64,000 nt of DNA, taken from the NCBI GenBank assembly GCA_005888755.1, contig VBBQ01000026.1, forward strand, positions 20,434 to 84,433, written 5' to 3'. The notes beneath the pieces were generated by a model. The model was not told the DNA's origin. It searched no databases and saw nothing but the letters and a program-made list of their open reading frames with translations. Below are positions 48,801 to 58,100 of the stretch, in pieces. The position numbers and the translations under genes are program-made. How positions within the stretch are numbered: the stretch's first letter is position 1; every line of letters starts with the position of its first letter. The DNA comes from Candidatus Bathyarchaeota archaeon. Lineage in GTDB: Archaea; Thermoproteota; Bathyarchaeia; 40CM-2-53-6.

Positions 48801-49773
48801 CCATAGGAGTAGCTGAGGCGTCGTTAGTTGCCAAGCTAGCGAGGTTCCAGTTGACTTCTACAGTCTTTGTGAACGAGTAGTGGTTGTAGAGGTTACTCGT
48901 GACAAAACTAGTCTTTGTCCCTGGTCCTGCCCAAACTGCATAGACGCAGTCCTCAGAACTACCATTGAGGGGGCAGTACCCATTGCCCTCGTCGAAGACG
49001 AGGAACAGTGCAGAGCGTTGTGTTGTGAAGGTCCGGCTGTTGAGAATATTCGGCACGAGACCGCTGAGATAGTTGTCTCCTAACGGGATCGAGGTGGCAC
49101 AGATGCCGGTGACGCCGTGCATGTTGTTGCAATTATTCGGGGTGAGCCACATGAAATTCGGCGCCGCCGCCGAATTCAAGTCGTTAATCAATACACAATC
49201 TGTGACAGAGCAAGTTGTCGGGTTTGCCATGACGAGATTAGAACATCGGGCCGGATTACTTGTGATGTCGGTGAAGAAGACGAAGGGGTTGTGTTCTGGA
49301 GTATATGGCTCATTGTAGCCAGTGTCGCAACCGCTTGAAGGTGCCTGGTTCTCCATGTAGCCTTTCCAGGTTAATCCTGCGGCTTCAAACCGGTCCACCA
49401 AGTTCGCGTTTGCTGATGCTTGGCAGGGGTAGGCGACACAGCCGTTGATGTCTCCTCCGAGAGTGGCTATGTAGTCAGCCTGGCTGAAGTGGGAAACTCC
49501 GAGATACTGGGAACCTATCCCGTAGCTGTTGGCGAGGCCGGCAGCGTAGGGGTCTCCGTTTGTGCTCAAGCATGGCGGTGGACTCCGAGCGCAGATGTTG
49601 TTGATGCCATGGTCCTCCATCATAATGATCACGACATGATCGAAGTAGGTTCCGCTGGAAGGTGAAGCAGACACGGGTCTTATGCCCCCACCAACCATTG
49701 CTGTGCCTAGAACCGAGAGGAATAAACCAGCCAGAAGGATCGCAGCCTTTCCTATGTGAATGCGATTGTTCAT
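45811..49773 (-). CDS. Large secreted phosphoesterase (acid phosphatase-like) with PKD, Ig-like repeats and C-terminal beta-propeller
   Basis: FDHVVIIMMEDH, HNPF, TPNNCNNMH, YNHYS; WTFGDG PKD; four TxTxVxC...YGGDSAH Ig-like repeats; about 6 SVAWKPDGSYALI blades. Confidence 0.9.
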   Translation of the reverse strand: MNNRIHIGKAAILLAGLFLSVLGTAMVGGGIRPVSASPSSGTYFDHVVIIMMEDHGINNICARSPPPCLSTNGDPYAAGLANSYGIGSQYLGVSHFSQADYIATLGGDINGCVAYPCQASANANLVDRFEAAGLTWKGYMENQAPSSGCDTGYNEPYTPEHNPFVFFTDITSNPARCSNLVMANPTTCSVTDCVLINDLNSAAAPNFMWLTPNNCNNMHGVTGICATSIPLGDNYLSGLVPNILNSRTFTTQRSALFLVFDEGNGYCPLNGSSEDCVYAVWAGPGTKTSFVTSNLYNHYSFTKTVEVNWNLASLATNDASATPMAEFFTTNPLSTSFAFSPSSPVPGQSVTFTGTASGGSSPYMFNWTFGDGSSATGNPVTHVYSAGGSYAVTLTTSDSAGHTASVSNSITVSTFDFKLVAKPYLLTVQRGQNSQSAIAVTGLGGFKGTVALTAFVSPQGLAVSMQNPSVTLNVGQTVNDNLKIVASKTVPTGIYIATVTGTSGSLVHALNVTVRVPDFNMTANPVTLNISPGSSGTSQILFQSLYTFQGGISTTVSVSPAGPKATLNPNNPSLTVNGTKSSVLSVQVPSNQASGVYNVTIKATSGSLLHLVVVQVHVGQHTTATVVNCSPSSVIVNQASTCTATVSDTSTISPTTPTGTVTFAETGPAGSFSSTTCTLVSGSCSVIFTPTAAGSALITGAYGGDSAHAASTSPAFSVTVTTVPLHNTTTAVTCASPVLVNQGSLCTATVTDTNASSTTPTGIVRFTETGPAGSFSSTSCSLSSGSCSVTFTPAASGNALVTGTYGGDSSHGGSTSAAASITVDPRTTSTALVCSSPVFVNQASSCTVTVSDTSPGTTITPSGSINFTETGAPGSFSSATCALVSGSCSVTFTATASGTATIAGGYGGDTAHSASTSAGANVMINQRTTSSVVVCTSPVVVNQTSNCSATITDSSSGGSVTPSGSVSFASNSTGVFSQPSCSLTASGTVGVASCSVSYTPSITGFHTITSSYAGDSSHLGSSGSETVTVVGASPQSAYALVVTNDGKVSRLYPNGTLTLIGQPVTTALRSVAWKPDGSYALISGDFAVLLKYDGTSLTTVSTGISTGFNFWTVSWKPDGSFALVGGTSGILFKYDGVTVTTIPNTSSTILSISWNPSGSYALLIGKVGLALTYDGTTVRSFATGTTFDLDAAAWNPNSAYALIGGLNRTLLQFDGTQVATINTSIISPNAAIRAISFNPTGTLALLAGDNGMVLTYNGSTLTMLPTITSSWLYGISWSPSGTAYIAGGSGTILTYNNGTLTKLTTFPTGTSQFRAIGWKP

Positions 49774-50025
49774 GATGTGCCATCCGCGATAAAGGAGAGA
49801 ATTAGTAATTCTACCCGCGTTGAGTTAACGCATGTGTCGTTCAAGACAGTTTGTCAGGCGATCTGCCGAGTATTTAATCTTGAGAATATTCAGATATATT
49901 TTGATGTACTAAGGTACACTTGGGAAAGAAAGCAAGCATTCGAAATTGGATGGATGTGCTCAAGAGCCCGCTCTTGAACGTGCATCGATCGGTTTCTGTC
50001 AAGAACCCAAGTTTGAATTAGCCAA

Positions 50026-50230
50026 TTGACTTGGCAGATTGCTACAACATCCAGGCTAAGAGGGGAAAGACGCCCCAGAGGACTTTTGGAAATTAGCCAT
50101 CAAAAAGGCTCGGCGAAGCAGGGAAAGACCTTGGCAAAACATGCCGATCTTTTGGCATGGCTTAAGTCAGAAATTGGATTAGCGTATGTGCGTGCGAGCT
50201 TTATCAATTGTATCTACGCTTGCGCACTAA
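50026..50230 (+). pseudogene. Decayed DUF4287-like gene
   Basis: Frame-joined: NIQAKRGKTP.DFWKLAIKK/KQGKTLAKHADLLAWLKSEIGL. Confidence 0.55.
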
Positions 50231-50297
50231 TGACCCGAAAGTTACTGCTCAATCGGAAAAGTGGGCCTACAGCACAGGGTACCAAAAATTGAGATAG

Positions 50298-50445
50298 CAT
50301 TTCATTTCTGTAACTTTTCCTTTCGCTAACTATTCTTTTCTGCTAACTAATCTCTGCCCCCCCGGGGGCGGATTTTCCCGCCTCCCGCCCTTCGTGGCCG
50401 CCCAAATCGCCTTTGCATGAAATCACCCATTATCAGCCCTGATCA
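50298..50445 (+). repeat. Dispersed intergenic repeat family, copy B
   Basis: TTTCTGTAAC..TTTCGCTAAC..GCCCCCCCGGGGGCGGATTTTCC..TTCGTGGCC..CATGAAATCACCCATTATCAGCCCTGAT. Confidence 0.78.
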
Positions 50446-50704
50446 TGCATCTGGAAGATGGTCCCTATTTTGCCCTTGGATTCGTTCGTGATGGGTCCTA
50501 GCTTTCCCGTCTTTTCGCCTTTTCAGTTATGCCTGGATTGCGCCCTGAATCGGCAGAATCGCCGGCAATCGGTGCCTGACAACAAGTTAGCTCCGCGAAG
50601 AGGGAAGGGGGTATTGCACAGCGCACCTCGCGAGGCAAGAGTAGAGAGTTCGGACTGGTCACCGAAAGTAAGCTGACTCTCGTGGCACCAGTGCCCTGTT
50701 TGTT

Positions 50705-52372
50705 TTATTTTGTGGCGAAGGCGCGGAGTTTATCCTCAAAGATTGTCCGTGCTGGAAAGCCCATGCTGCACGCGTAAGTGTTGAAATCCAGCAGCTTCTT
50801 CCCGTTCCTCACAGCCTTATTCTGTATCTCTCGTATGCTCTCCCCTACTATGGCGTATGTGGACGCGTATCCTGGACCGTTTCCCTGGTGCGCTGGGAAG
50901 AGCTGGTGGTAGACCATGCTCTTTGACAAGCCTGTCTTCTTACTCGCCCATTCTATGAAATCCACAAGATCCTGTTTCCCAGAGTTAATCCTCGAATCAC
51001 CGATGATCCGGAGAAACCGTACAATACGCCACATCCACGTGTAGAACTCGTACTCCTCCGCAATAGCATCGAATCCACCGTGCTTCTCGTAGAAGTTCAC
51101 CAAGGCCTTCTCGTCAGAACTGAGACCCTTTCTCGTCTTCATCTTGTCCATCACATCCTGAAACTCAATCTCTCGCTGGAACGATATACCCTCAGAAATG
51201 GCCCCTCCGAGCGGCGACCACATCATGTCCACCAGCGACGGCTTCGCTCCATACGCAAATGATGAGTTGGACGCGTGAACACAGTGCCCATACTCCTCAT
51301 GAACCAGTAGATTGAGTAGCTCGCCTGGCGCCGTGCTCGGATCGCGACGCGGGTCCGTCGTACAGATGAACAACTGCTGCGGCTTGTTCGTCAGAGTATC
51401 AAAGAAGAACGCGCCGCCGCTCGGAAATATTGCCGTCAGATACGATGGTGTCTCGATCACCTTCGCATCATAGTGCGGATTCACTTTGACAATACTCTTG
51501 TTCGCAACCTTCACGACTATTTTTCGAAGTTGTGCGAGGTACGGTATGATCTCGTTTACCTTGACCGCTCTCTTGGCCTTGATCGCCTGGGACACTTTCT
51601 CCGCATTCGCAGAAACACCGTACTTCTTCGCCAGCCGAGCCGTCATCCGCTGGAACTTCGGGAGTTCTCGATCTAGATACTTGAGACCCTTCTCTTCAAG
51701 CTCGCCAGGCGTCTCTGAATAGTCCCAGAGACGTTGCAAGGCTTGAGCATAGATCTCTTTCCGGCCGAGATCCGCGCCCTCTCTTTTGATGATCTTGTAG
51801 ACCTCGTCAAAACCCTGGTTCTTGAAACCCTTCACCCGGAAAATCGAAGCATACTTCCTAGTCACCTGAGAAAGATCATCCAGCCCCTCCTTCAACTGCT
51901 TATCCGAAGTTTCTTTCTTGATAGTTCTAATTATCTCCTGGAGACCATCGCAACGTATCAACGTGAGCAAACGAAGTCCTGTAGGCCAGTTTCTACCCGC
52001 CGACTCAACCGTTGCTGTCTCTAGAGCCTTGATCCCGTTCCTGGTCAGCGCCTTCATGTGGCTGTCGATGATGCCTTCTTTGATCATGTAGCCAAAATAC
52101 GCGTTCAACACTGACTCGGGGACCATATGAGGCTCGACAAGACCCGCCCATGCGGCGGCCGACTCCAGGAACTTGAGCTGGGACTTGTTCTCAGCCTTCA
52201 GCCGAAGCTCGTCAACACGTCGCGAAAACTTCTCGAGATTCCTCTTCGAAGGAATGAATATTTTGCCGACATACTCGTTGAGCCCGTTGATGTAGGCTCC
52301 AGACGGATCGAACTCCTTGAACAGGTCAAAGATTTCCGATTCAACAGATGATGCAGGTTTCGGTATAGCCAA
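50705..52372 (-). CDS. DUF885-like zincin metallopeptidase
   Basis: VHEEYGH, downstream ISEG...E, PGYASTY. Confidence 0.7.
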   Translation of the reverse strand: MAIPKPASSVESEIFDLFKEFDPSGAYINGLNEYVGKIFIPSKRNLEKFSRRVDELRLKAENKSQLKFLESAAAWAGLVEPHMVPESVLNAYFGYMIKEGIIDSHMKALTRNGIKALETATVESAGRNWPTGLRLLTLIRCDGLQEIIRTIKKETSDKQLKEGLDDLSQVTRKYASIFRVKGFKNQGFDEVYKIIKREGADLGRKEIYAQALQRLWDYSETPGELEEKGLKYLDRELPKFQRMTARLAKKYGVSANAEKVSQAIKAKRAVKVNEIIPYLAQLRKIVVKVANKSIVKVNPHYDAKVIETPSYLTAIFPSGGAFFFDTLTNKPQQLFICTTDPRRDPSTAPGELLNLLVHEEYGHCVHASNSSFAYGAKPSLVDMMWSPLGGAISEGISFQREIEFQDVMDKMKTRKGLSSDEKALVNFYEKHGGFDAIAEEYEFYTWMWRIVRFLRIIGDSRINSGKQDLVDFIEWASKKTGLSKSMVYHQLFPAHQGNGPGYASTYAIVGESIREIQNKAVRNGKKLLDFNTYACSMGFPARTIFEDKLRAFATK

Positions 52373-52663
52373 TGCTTATCCATCAATCCCCGTGTTTATC
52401 TTTCTCGACTAAGCGCTCGACTATTTAGTTTTAATCCAAAATACGAGTCCAGCCGAGGCCACGCGAGACTCCACTCGGAACCGTAAAACACATACCACGT
52501 CAGCGCAGTCCCGCTCCATCCCAACCTTCCGCCCTCAGTAGCAGGTCCCCTTCTCTGCCTTCTGCCCGCTTCACACGATAAGACCCGTGTTAGCGGATAA
52601 TGGCGTTTCCGGACAAAGAATGAAGAGGATAAGGATCCAGACTATTTTGCCTGGAATCCCGTG

Positions 52664-53242
52664 TTATTCGTGGCTCTTCCTGGTCTTCGTTCCCGTTTGC
52701 TTCTCGATGCTGCGTAGATTGATCTCCCTGACAAGTGCTTCTGTGATGACGTCGAGGGAGTCAATCTTCTCCTGCATTAGAACATCGGATATCTTCAGTG
52801 GATGATCAGGGAGAAGCTCGTTATCTGTTGAAGCAACAAAGTGCTCCCAGTTAATTCCTACGTCGAGCACTGAGTCTGCAAGTTCCTCGTCTGTCACATT
52901 GACTGTTTTGGCTTGGTTGACGAAGCTTTGAAACTCCTCATCGGGAACTTGCAGATCCGTTACTGTCCGAATCGGCCTGGGAGTCGTTCCCCCAAGCTCG
53001 TGTCCGAGAACATGCGCGAGAAAAGTGAAGTTCTCGATCTCCGTGAAGTGCTTCATCCGGATTTCCAGAGGAGTATCCCCTGTAGGATTAGAATCTGGAA
53101 AGTCTGAGATTTGTGGAGCTCCTGTTTGCGGGTCGTCGAACCGGAAGACTCTTGACAGTTTTAGCTGGTTTGGCCGGGTAATGTTTCTTGCGGAATCTTC
53201 TTGTTCATCCCACGTCTGCCTATTTTTGGTATCTGAGGCCAT
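52664..53242 (-). CDS. Hypothetical acidic protein
   Basis: 192-aa ORF with protein-like composition. Confidence 0.7.
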   Translation of the reverse strand: MASDTKNRQTWDEQEDSARNITRPNQLKLSRVFRFDDPQTGAPQISDFPDSNPTGDTPLEIRMKHFTEIENFTFLAHVLGHELGGTTPRPIRTVTDLQVPDEEFQSFVNQAKTVNVTDEELADSVLDVGINWEHFVASTDNELLPDHPLKISDVLMQEKIDSLDVITEALVREINLRSIEKQTGTKTRKSHE

Positions 53243-53303
53243 TTTTTACACAGCCCGCAGTAGCCGTTCGGGGAATTCATTTCTGATCTGCAACCCACGA
53301 CTC

Positions 53304-53339
53304 GGATAGACGGTACTCGTCTTCTAACTCCGTCTATCC
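53304..53339. promoter_or_regulatory. Perfect 10-bp inverted repeat between divergent genes
   Basis: GGATAGACGG-N16-CCGTCTATCC. Confidence 0.55.
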
Positions 53340-53425
53340 ACAGTTATCGCGCCGAATCCGATCTCCATATAGAACGGGAACTCAGAGCTCTTAGGAATCG
53401 GAGAGGATACACGCGAGGAAGTGTC

Positions 53426-53581
53426 TTGACAGAGAAGAAATTCAAGTGCCGTCTGTGTGGCGAGACCTTCAACTCCGCTCAGGAGCGGGACGAACACAAC
53501 CGACAAGTCCATCCGAAGGCTTGCCGACTATCCCACTTGTTCTCGGGAAAGAAGAAGGAGGACAAGCCGAAACCAGAATAG
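53426..53581 (+). CDS. Small C2H2 zinc-finger protein (not in ORF track)
   Basis: MTEKKFKCRLCGETFNSAQERDEHNRQVHPKACRLSHLFSGKKKEDKPKPE*; F-x-C-x2-C-x3-F-x8-H-x4-H. Confidence 0.75.
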   Translation: MTEKKFKCRLCGETFNSAQERDEHNRQVHPKACRLSHLFSGKKKEDKPKPE

Positions 53582-53634
53582 TCTCCCCGGCATCTTAAAT
53601 AAGAATAGAAATCAAATAACCTTGCGACCATCTT

Positions 53635-53997
53635 TTGGCCCCGAGAAAGTCTCGCAAGGTCGCACCAAGAACACGTGTAAGATCAAATAGCGATTCTCAG
53701 GGCAACCATGAAATCTCGCCGTCCAAAGACTCCATCAAGGCAGCTGAAGACCTCGCTCTCGCCGCATTCGCCTCAGGACTAAAACTGGCAGCAGCATTCG
53801 GAACCGTCGCCGCCAAAACCACAAGTCTCGCCCTGGCTTCCATCGCAACGGGAGCGGACAGGTTCTCTGAGCTAGTCAAGCAGGAAGCTATGCGATCGCA
53901 GAGGGCCAACTCCCGAAAAACAGCTAGAGCATCTCCCACGGGAACTCATAGAAGAACAGGTAGACGGGAACCCAAGCGAGAAGTCTTGGCGTCCTAA
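53635..53997 (+). CDS. Hypothetical protein (Ala-rich helix, basic tails)
   Basis: 120-aa ORF filling the gap up to the convergent gene. Confidence 0.5.
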   Translation: MAPRKSRKVAPRTRVRSNSDSQGNHEISPSKDSIKAAEDLALAAFASGLKLAAAFGTVAAKTTSLALASIATGADRFSELVKQEAMRSQRANSRKTARASPTGTHRRTGRREPKREVLAS

Positions 53998-54001
53998 TTG
54001 G

Positions 54002-54802
54002 CTAATTGCGCGTGACTTGCGAAGCCTCCTGCGAGCGAAATCTCGCGATCAGATCTCGGCTCGCAAGCAACAACGGCGTGCAAACTACTACGGCTCCCAA
54101 CACGAGGACCGCTCGTTCGATTGGATAGACGAGGAAGATGAACGGCCAAGAACGCAAAGCGACGCTTCCAAAGAGACTGGCGAAGAGAAGCCCTCCGGTG
54201 ACGTGTTCGATCATCGTCCCGATGAACGCAACTACCAGCACCGCTTTGGCCAAGTCTCTACGCGATCCAAAACTGAACCGGTCCCCTAGGTTCCGCGTTA
54301 AAGGAGACACCAACAACGCGAGCGCGACGAGGTGGAGCCAGAGATATGGAATAGGCGGACTGGGGAGACTAAACCACTGGAAAGGAATCGGCAGACTCGG
54401 AAAGTTACTGCCAACGAAAATCTCGGTGTTTGGATTGATAACGAAGAGACCCAAAGAAGCTAGGTACATGAAGGTCGCTTCCGTCCGTCTACCGCGCACG
54501 AGAAAGCTGATGAGCGCCACGTTCAGCGCTCCACCGAGAAAATCGAGTCCACCGAATTTCAGGGTCCCGGCTGAACCTGGAATGAAGGCGGCAATCATTG
54601 TCCCCAGAAACACGGCGAATATGCCGTAGGATGGAGCGAGGAAGACGCCCAGAACCGGCGTTATGATCCCACTGAACGTAATAGCACCGTTTATCCCGAT
54701 AAGTCGATCAAGAATGATAGTTCGTGGAATCACATAGAGTGCAGTAAGAGACGCGGTAAGTGTAATCATTCTCGTGTCGAATCTGTTCTTGCGAATCTGC
54801 AT
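54002..54802 (-). CDS. ECF-type S-component-like membrane protein
   Basis: PVLGVFLAPSYGIFAVFLG pattern, about 6-7 TM; 19 bp downstream of larC. Confidence 0.6.
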   Translation of the reverse strand: MQIRKNRFDTRMITLTASLTALYVIPRTIILDRLIGINGAITFSGIITPVLGVFLAPSYGIFAVFLGTMIAAFIPGSAGTLKFGGLDFLGGALNVALISFLVRGRRTEATFMYLASLGLFVINPNTEIFVGSNFPSLPIPFQWFSLPSPPIPYLWLHLVALALLVSPLTRNLGDRFSFGSRRDLAKAVLVVAFIGTMIEHVTGGLLFASLFGSVALRSWPFIFLVYPIERAVLVLGAVVVCTPLLLASRDLIARFRSQEASQVTRN

Positions 54803-54821
54803 TTCTCTCTATCACATGTGT

Positions 54822-56099
54822 CTAGCTGTCGCGCGCAATAACTCGGGTCTTAACGATCTGTTGCAGCTCTCTCAAACTTAGTCCAGTTTCATTGGATATT
54901 CTTCGAAGGTCTTCGTACTCCACTTTGCCTCCTTGCGCATGACCCGTCGTTGTAAGCGCCCTCTTTACTTTGACCTGAAACTTCCTTCCTACGACTTCCA
55001 GCTCCAAGGTGCCACTGGACCTTCTGCTGATGTGTCTAGAAACCGGCATTTCTCGTACTCCAAGAGTCCCGGTTTCTTCCATCAGCAACTCAGCTAGTCG
55101 TTCGCTCTTTGCCTTGTCTGTTATGACAGAGATCAGTTGGCCGGGCCGGTTCTTCTTCATGAACAACGGAGTGATTGATACGTCTCGGGCTCCTGCTTCC
55201 ATCAGTCTCTCAACTGCCCGTCCAATAACTTCGCCGGAAACGTCGTCCAGGTTTGTCTCCAGGACGACTACTTCATCGTGTGAATGTTCAGTCTCAAAGA
55301 GCTCGCCCACGGTGAGACGGAGAACATTAGCCACCTGGTCAAGATCCTTCGATCCTGCGCCGTATCCGATCTTGTGAGGCGTAATTATCGGAACCTCCCC
55401 TGTTTCACTGCCTACCAGACTTACTGCGATTGCACCGCCTGTAGGTGTCGTCAGTTCGAATTGGATATTGCTTGTTTTCATTGGAAACTTGTGGGATCTT
55501 AGGATCTCGGCGACAGCGGGCGCTGGATTCGGATAGGCTCGCCCAGAGAACTCCGTTACTCCGGTTCCGACGCCAATCGGTCCGCACCACCATCTAGCTC
55601 CAGATAGTTCGAGTTCATCTGCGAGGTATGCGACGCCGAGAATGTCCACGAGAGTGTCTGCAGACCCGAGCTCATGAAGCTCTACCTCTTTCGCGGAGTG
55701 GCCGTGGACCCGGGACTCAGCTGAGGATAGAGTATCCAAGACGGATTTGACAAAAGACGTTCCCCAATCAGAGAGACCCAATGCTTTCCCGCACCTTAGA
55801 GCAGATGATTGAAGATCGCTGGCCTTTCTCTTCGAAACCTTCTCCTCAGATCTTACTTCGACCAGCTGTCCCCTGATTTCTCCTCGCTCGACCATGCTCG
55901 TCTTGACATGAACATGACTCGCGCCCGTAAGATTCTCTTCCACTGCCCTGGCGACTTTATCCAGACTCTTCGGGCTCCCACCAAGATCGATAAGAGCGCC
56001 TAGGAATTTGTCTCCAGAAGCTCCTGAAGAACTGGCGTCGATTATCACCACTCTTCCGGAAGCTCTCATGCTGACCTGTCCAATTGTTCGCGTGGGCAC
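54822..56099 (-). CDS. larC: Nickel-pincer cofactor nickel insertase LarC
   Basis: GASGDKFLGALIDLG, HELGSADTLVDI, TPTG, GYGAG..NVLR, ETNLDD, MKKNRPG, ETGTLGVR. Confidence 0.93.
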   Translation of the reverse strand: MPTRTIGQVSMRASGRVVIIDASSSGASGDKFLGALIDLGGSPKSLDKVARAVEENLTGASHVHVKTSMVERGEIRGQLVEVRSEEKVSKRKASDLQSSALRCGKALGLSDWGTSFVKSVLDTLSSAESRVHGHSAKEVELHELGSADTLVDILGVAYLADELELSGARWWCGPIGVGTGVTEFSGRAYPNPAPAVAEILRSHKFPMKTSNIQFELTTPTGGAIAVSLVGSETGEVPIITPHKIGYGAGSKDLDQVANVLRLTVGELFETEHSHDEVVVLETNLDDVSGEVIGRAVERLMEAGARDVSITPLFMKKNRPGQLISVITDKAKSERLAELLMEETGTLGVREMPVSRHISRRSSGTLELEVVGRKFQVKVKRALTTTGHAQGGKVEYEDLRRISNETGLSLRELQQIVKTRVIARDS

Positions 56100-56139
56100 A
56101 AGTATTAATCAAGCTATTTCGAGATTGCCATGATCAGCT

Positions 56140-56409
56140 TTGGAGAAGTCCGACAACTCTTGCGTCTATGGTCTCGGCGAATGCCCCGTTCTGACTGTTA
56201 TGGGTGAGAACATGAAGGACATGGAGCAGCGTTCGAAAGTCTATCCAACAGATCCCGGGGCCGCAGCTGTGAATCAAATGATTCAACCCTTTCTCCAACT
56301 GAACGCCAACATCTACGCAATGCTTCCCTCTTTCTGTCCCAGCTGTCCCAAAAGAATCGTCGCAGTCGAGAAAGAGCTAGCCCAGATCAGACATCAGACG
56401 ACCAAGTAA
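56140..56409 (+). CDS. Small Cys-containing hypothetical protein
   Basis: C-x5-C near the N-terminus and FCPSCP near the C-terminus. Confidence 0.55.
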   Translation: MEKSDNSCVYGLGECPVLTVMGENMKDMEQRSKVYPTDPGAAAVNQMIQPFLQLNANIYAMLPSFCPSCPKRIVAVEKELAQIRHQTTK

Positions 56410-56499
56410 GAAGACCCAGATCGCTCCAGTTTTAGCCACTCACCTAGAAATTCAGATAAGCTAAATTGCAGCCGAACGGAGTTCATTTCGGTTAGTCAC

Positions 56500-57108
56500 T
56501 TGGCCTCTCTGGGCCTTGGCGGGCCTGTTGGTTTCTGCTTCGCCACCACAGGTTTCTGTAGCGCGCTCCTAGTGGCTCGTGTCTGGGAGTATGTTTCCCT
56601 TGAATCTTATCTCAGATGTGGCCTTTCTTGTCCAATTCGCTCGTCTGACGTGTTTCAACTACACCACTTCTACTATGGTCTGGCAATGCTCTTGCTCGCC
56701 ACTAGTTTTCTGGCGGTTACCAAGAGGCAGAGGGTAAGATGGGACGCGGCCTTGATGTTTGGAATAGGAGCAGGGCTTTGTATTGATGAGGCAGGCCTCT
56801 TGCTGTTGAGAGTCCCTTACAACGATCTGCTCTCAATTTTCTTACTGGCATTGTTTGGTTCGGCCATTTTCGGGGGAACCATTAACGCAGCTTTCCGGGA
56901 CGGGACACGCGAGTTCAGGATATTGGACCGAGCGGATATTCTAACCCTGTTGTCGATCCTTCTCGGTATGGCTGGAGTTCTCTATCTAGATCGGCCTCTG
57001 ATCACAATAGTAGAAATTGCTGGAGGTGTCTCTTGGGCCTTTGCTCTCGCTCTTGCCACCCTCTTCGGAAAGAAGCACTTTCTCAGGGTCTGGGCGAGAC
57101 CAGGCTAA
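56500..57108 (+). CDS. Hypothetical membrane protein
   Basis: HHFYYG and GAGLCIDE motifs, about 6 TM. Confidence 0.7.
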   Translation: MASLGLGGPVGFCFATTGFCSALLVARVWEYVSLESYLRCGLSCPIRSSDVFQLHHFYYGLAMLLLATSFLAVTKRQRVRWDAALMFGIGAGLCIDEAGLLLLRVPYNDLLSIFLLALFGSAIFGGTINAAFRDGTREFRILDRADILTLLSILLGMAGVLYLDRPLITIVEIAGGVSWAFALALATLFGKKHFLRVWARPG

Positions 57109-57157
57109 TCTAGCCGAATTATCTTCAGCGCATTGCTGTGTCGTGGCCGAACTGATT

Positions 57158-57551
57158 TCATTTTGAGGATTTCTTGGCTGGGCTCGATATCGCTAGGCGG
57201 TAGCCATCGGGGTCTGTGAAACGCGCTTCCCGTTCTCCCCAGGAATCCTTCGGTTTTTCGCTGAACTTTACTCCTCGCTTTCTTAGGGTTCGGTACCAGA
57301 AGTCAACGTTATCGACTTCAAACTCTATCCCGGCAGTTCGTTCCCCAATCCCAGGTCGACGACTCCCCCTTGGAAACGGGTGTAAGCCTATCTGAAGCCT
57401 GTTCGGGGTGATAAACGGCAACGTATTCGGGAGAAAAGTCGTACAGTAGATGGAAGCCCACTTTCCTGGTGTAGAAGTCCCTAGATCGTTGTACATCCTT
57501 CACTTGCAACAGCACCTGGTGCAAGCGTAACCCAGCCTTGCTACGGCGCAT
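57158..57551 (-). pseudogene. VOC/glyoxalase protein, +1 frameshift near 57413
   Basis: HQVLLQVKDVQRSRDFY...EYVAV/ITPNRLQIGLH...FEVDNVD...WGEREARFTDPDGY. Confidence 0.85.
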
Positions 57552-57689
57552 GACTTGCCACCTGCCCAACAAGTATTATGGATTTACACATTTCAGGTGA
57601 GTACGCAATTGACCGCAATTCTTGTTGTCCCCGTTAGGTAGCGCACAACCATAATCCCATCATCACCTGGTTGTCTCCTGGATCAGGAA

Positions 57690-58037
57690 CTAGGTCTTTT
57701 CAGGGGTCGTGAGGGCCGCTTCGTATCTCTTCCTAACGAAGGGCATAACGGATCTTACATCTCTAGGACCCTTCAACGGCGTTACCCAGAGCCTGCCTGT
57801 TTGACCGGTCATTTCGAATGGCTTCCCGCCGAATTTCGCCTTGACTTCTTTCTGGTCTTTTTCCGAGAGCTTCATCAGAACGACGCCGTTTGTTACGAGG
57901 AAACCGATAAATTTTCGATTGTAGAAGTAGCAGAGACAACCCATCATTGGTTTGGAGGTCACTCCTTTCCATGTCAGAACCTCCGCATCGAACGTCTTCT
58001 GAATATCGACCATCTTCTCTTCGTCATAATACTTCAT
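57690..58037 (-). CDS. TfoX/Sxy N-terminal-like protein
   Basis: VTSKPMMGCLCYFYNRKFIGFL. Confidence 0.65.
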   Translation of the reverse strand: MKYYDEEKMVDIQKTFDAEVLTWKGVTSKPMMGCLCYFYNRKFIGFLVTNGVVLMKLSEKDQKEVKAKFGGKPFEMTGQTGRLWVTPLKGPRDVRSVMPFVRKRYEAALTTPEKT

Positions 58038-58100
58038 GATTTCTGCCGGTTTTCAGATCGACCTTTAAAGCTCGTCTAGTCAAAGGCAGGTGTCAGAGCC

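Noticed and set aside
38898-50445. Repeat family as integron attC sites
   Set aside because: GCTAAC is present, but I found no matching GTTRRRY end at a typical 57-141 bp distance with full dyad symmetry, and no integron integrase; kept only as a test
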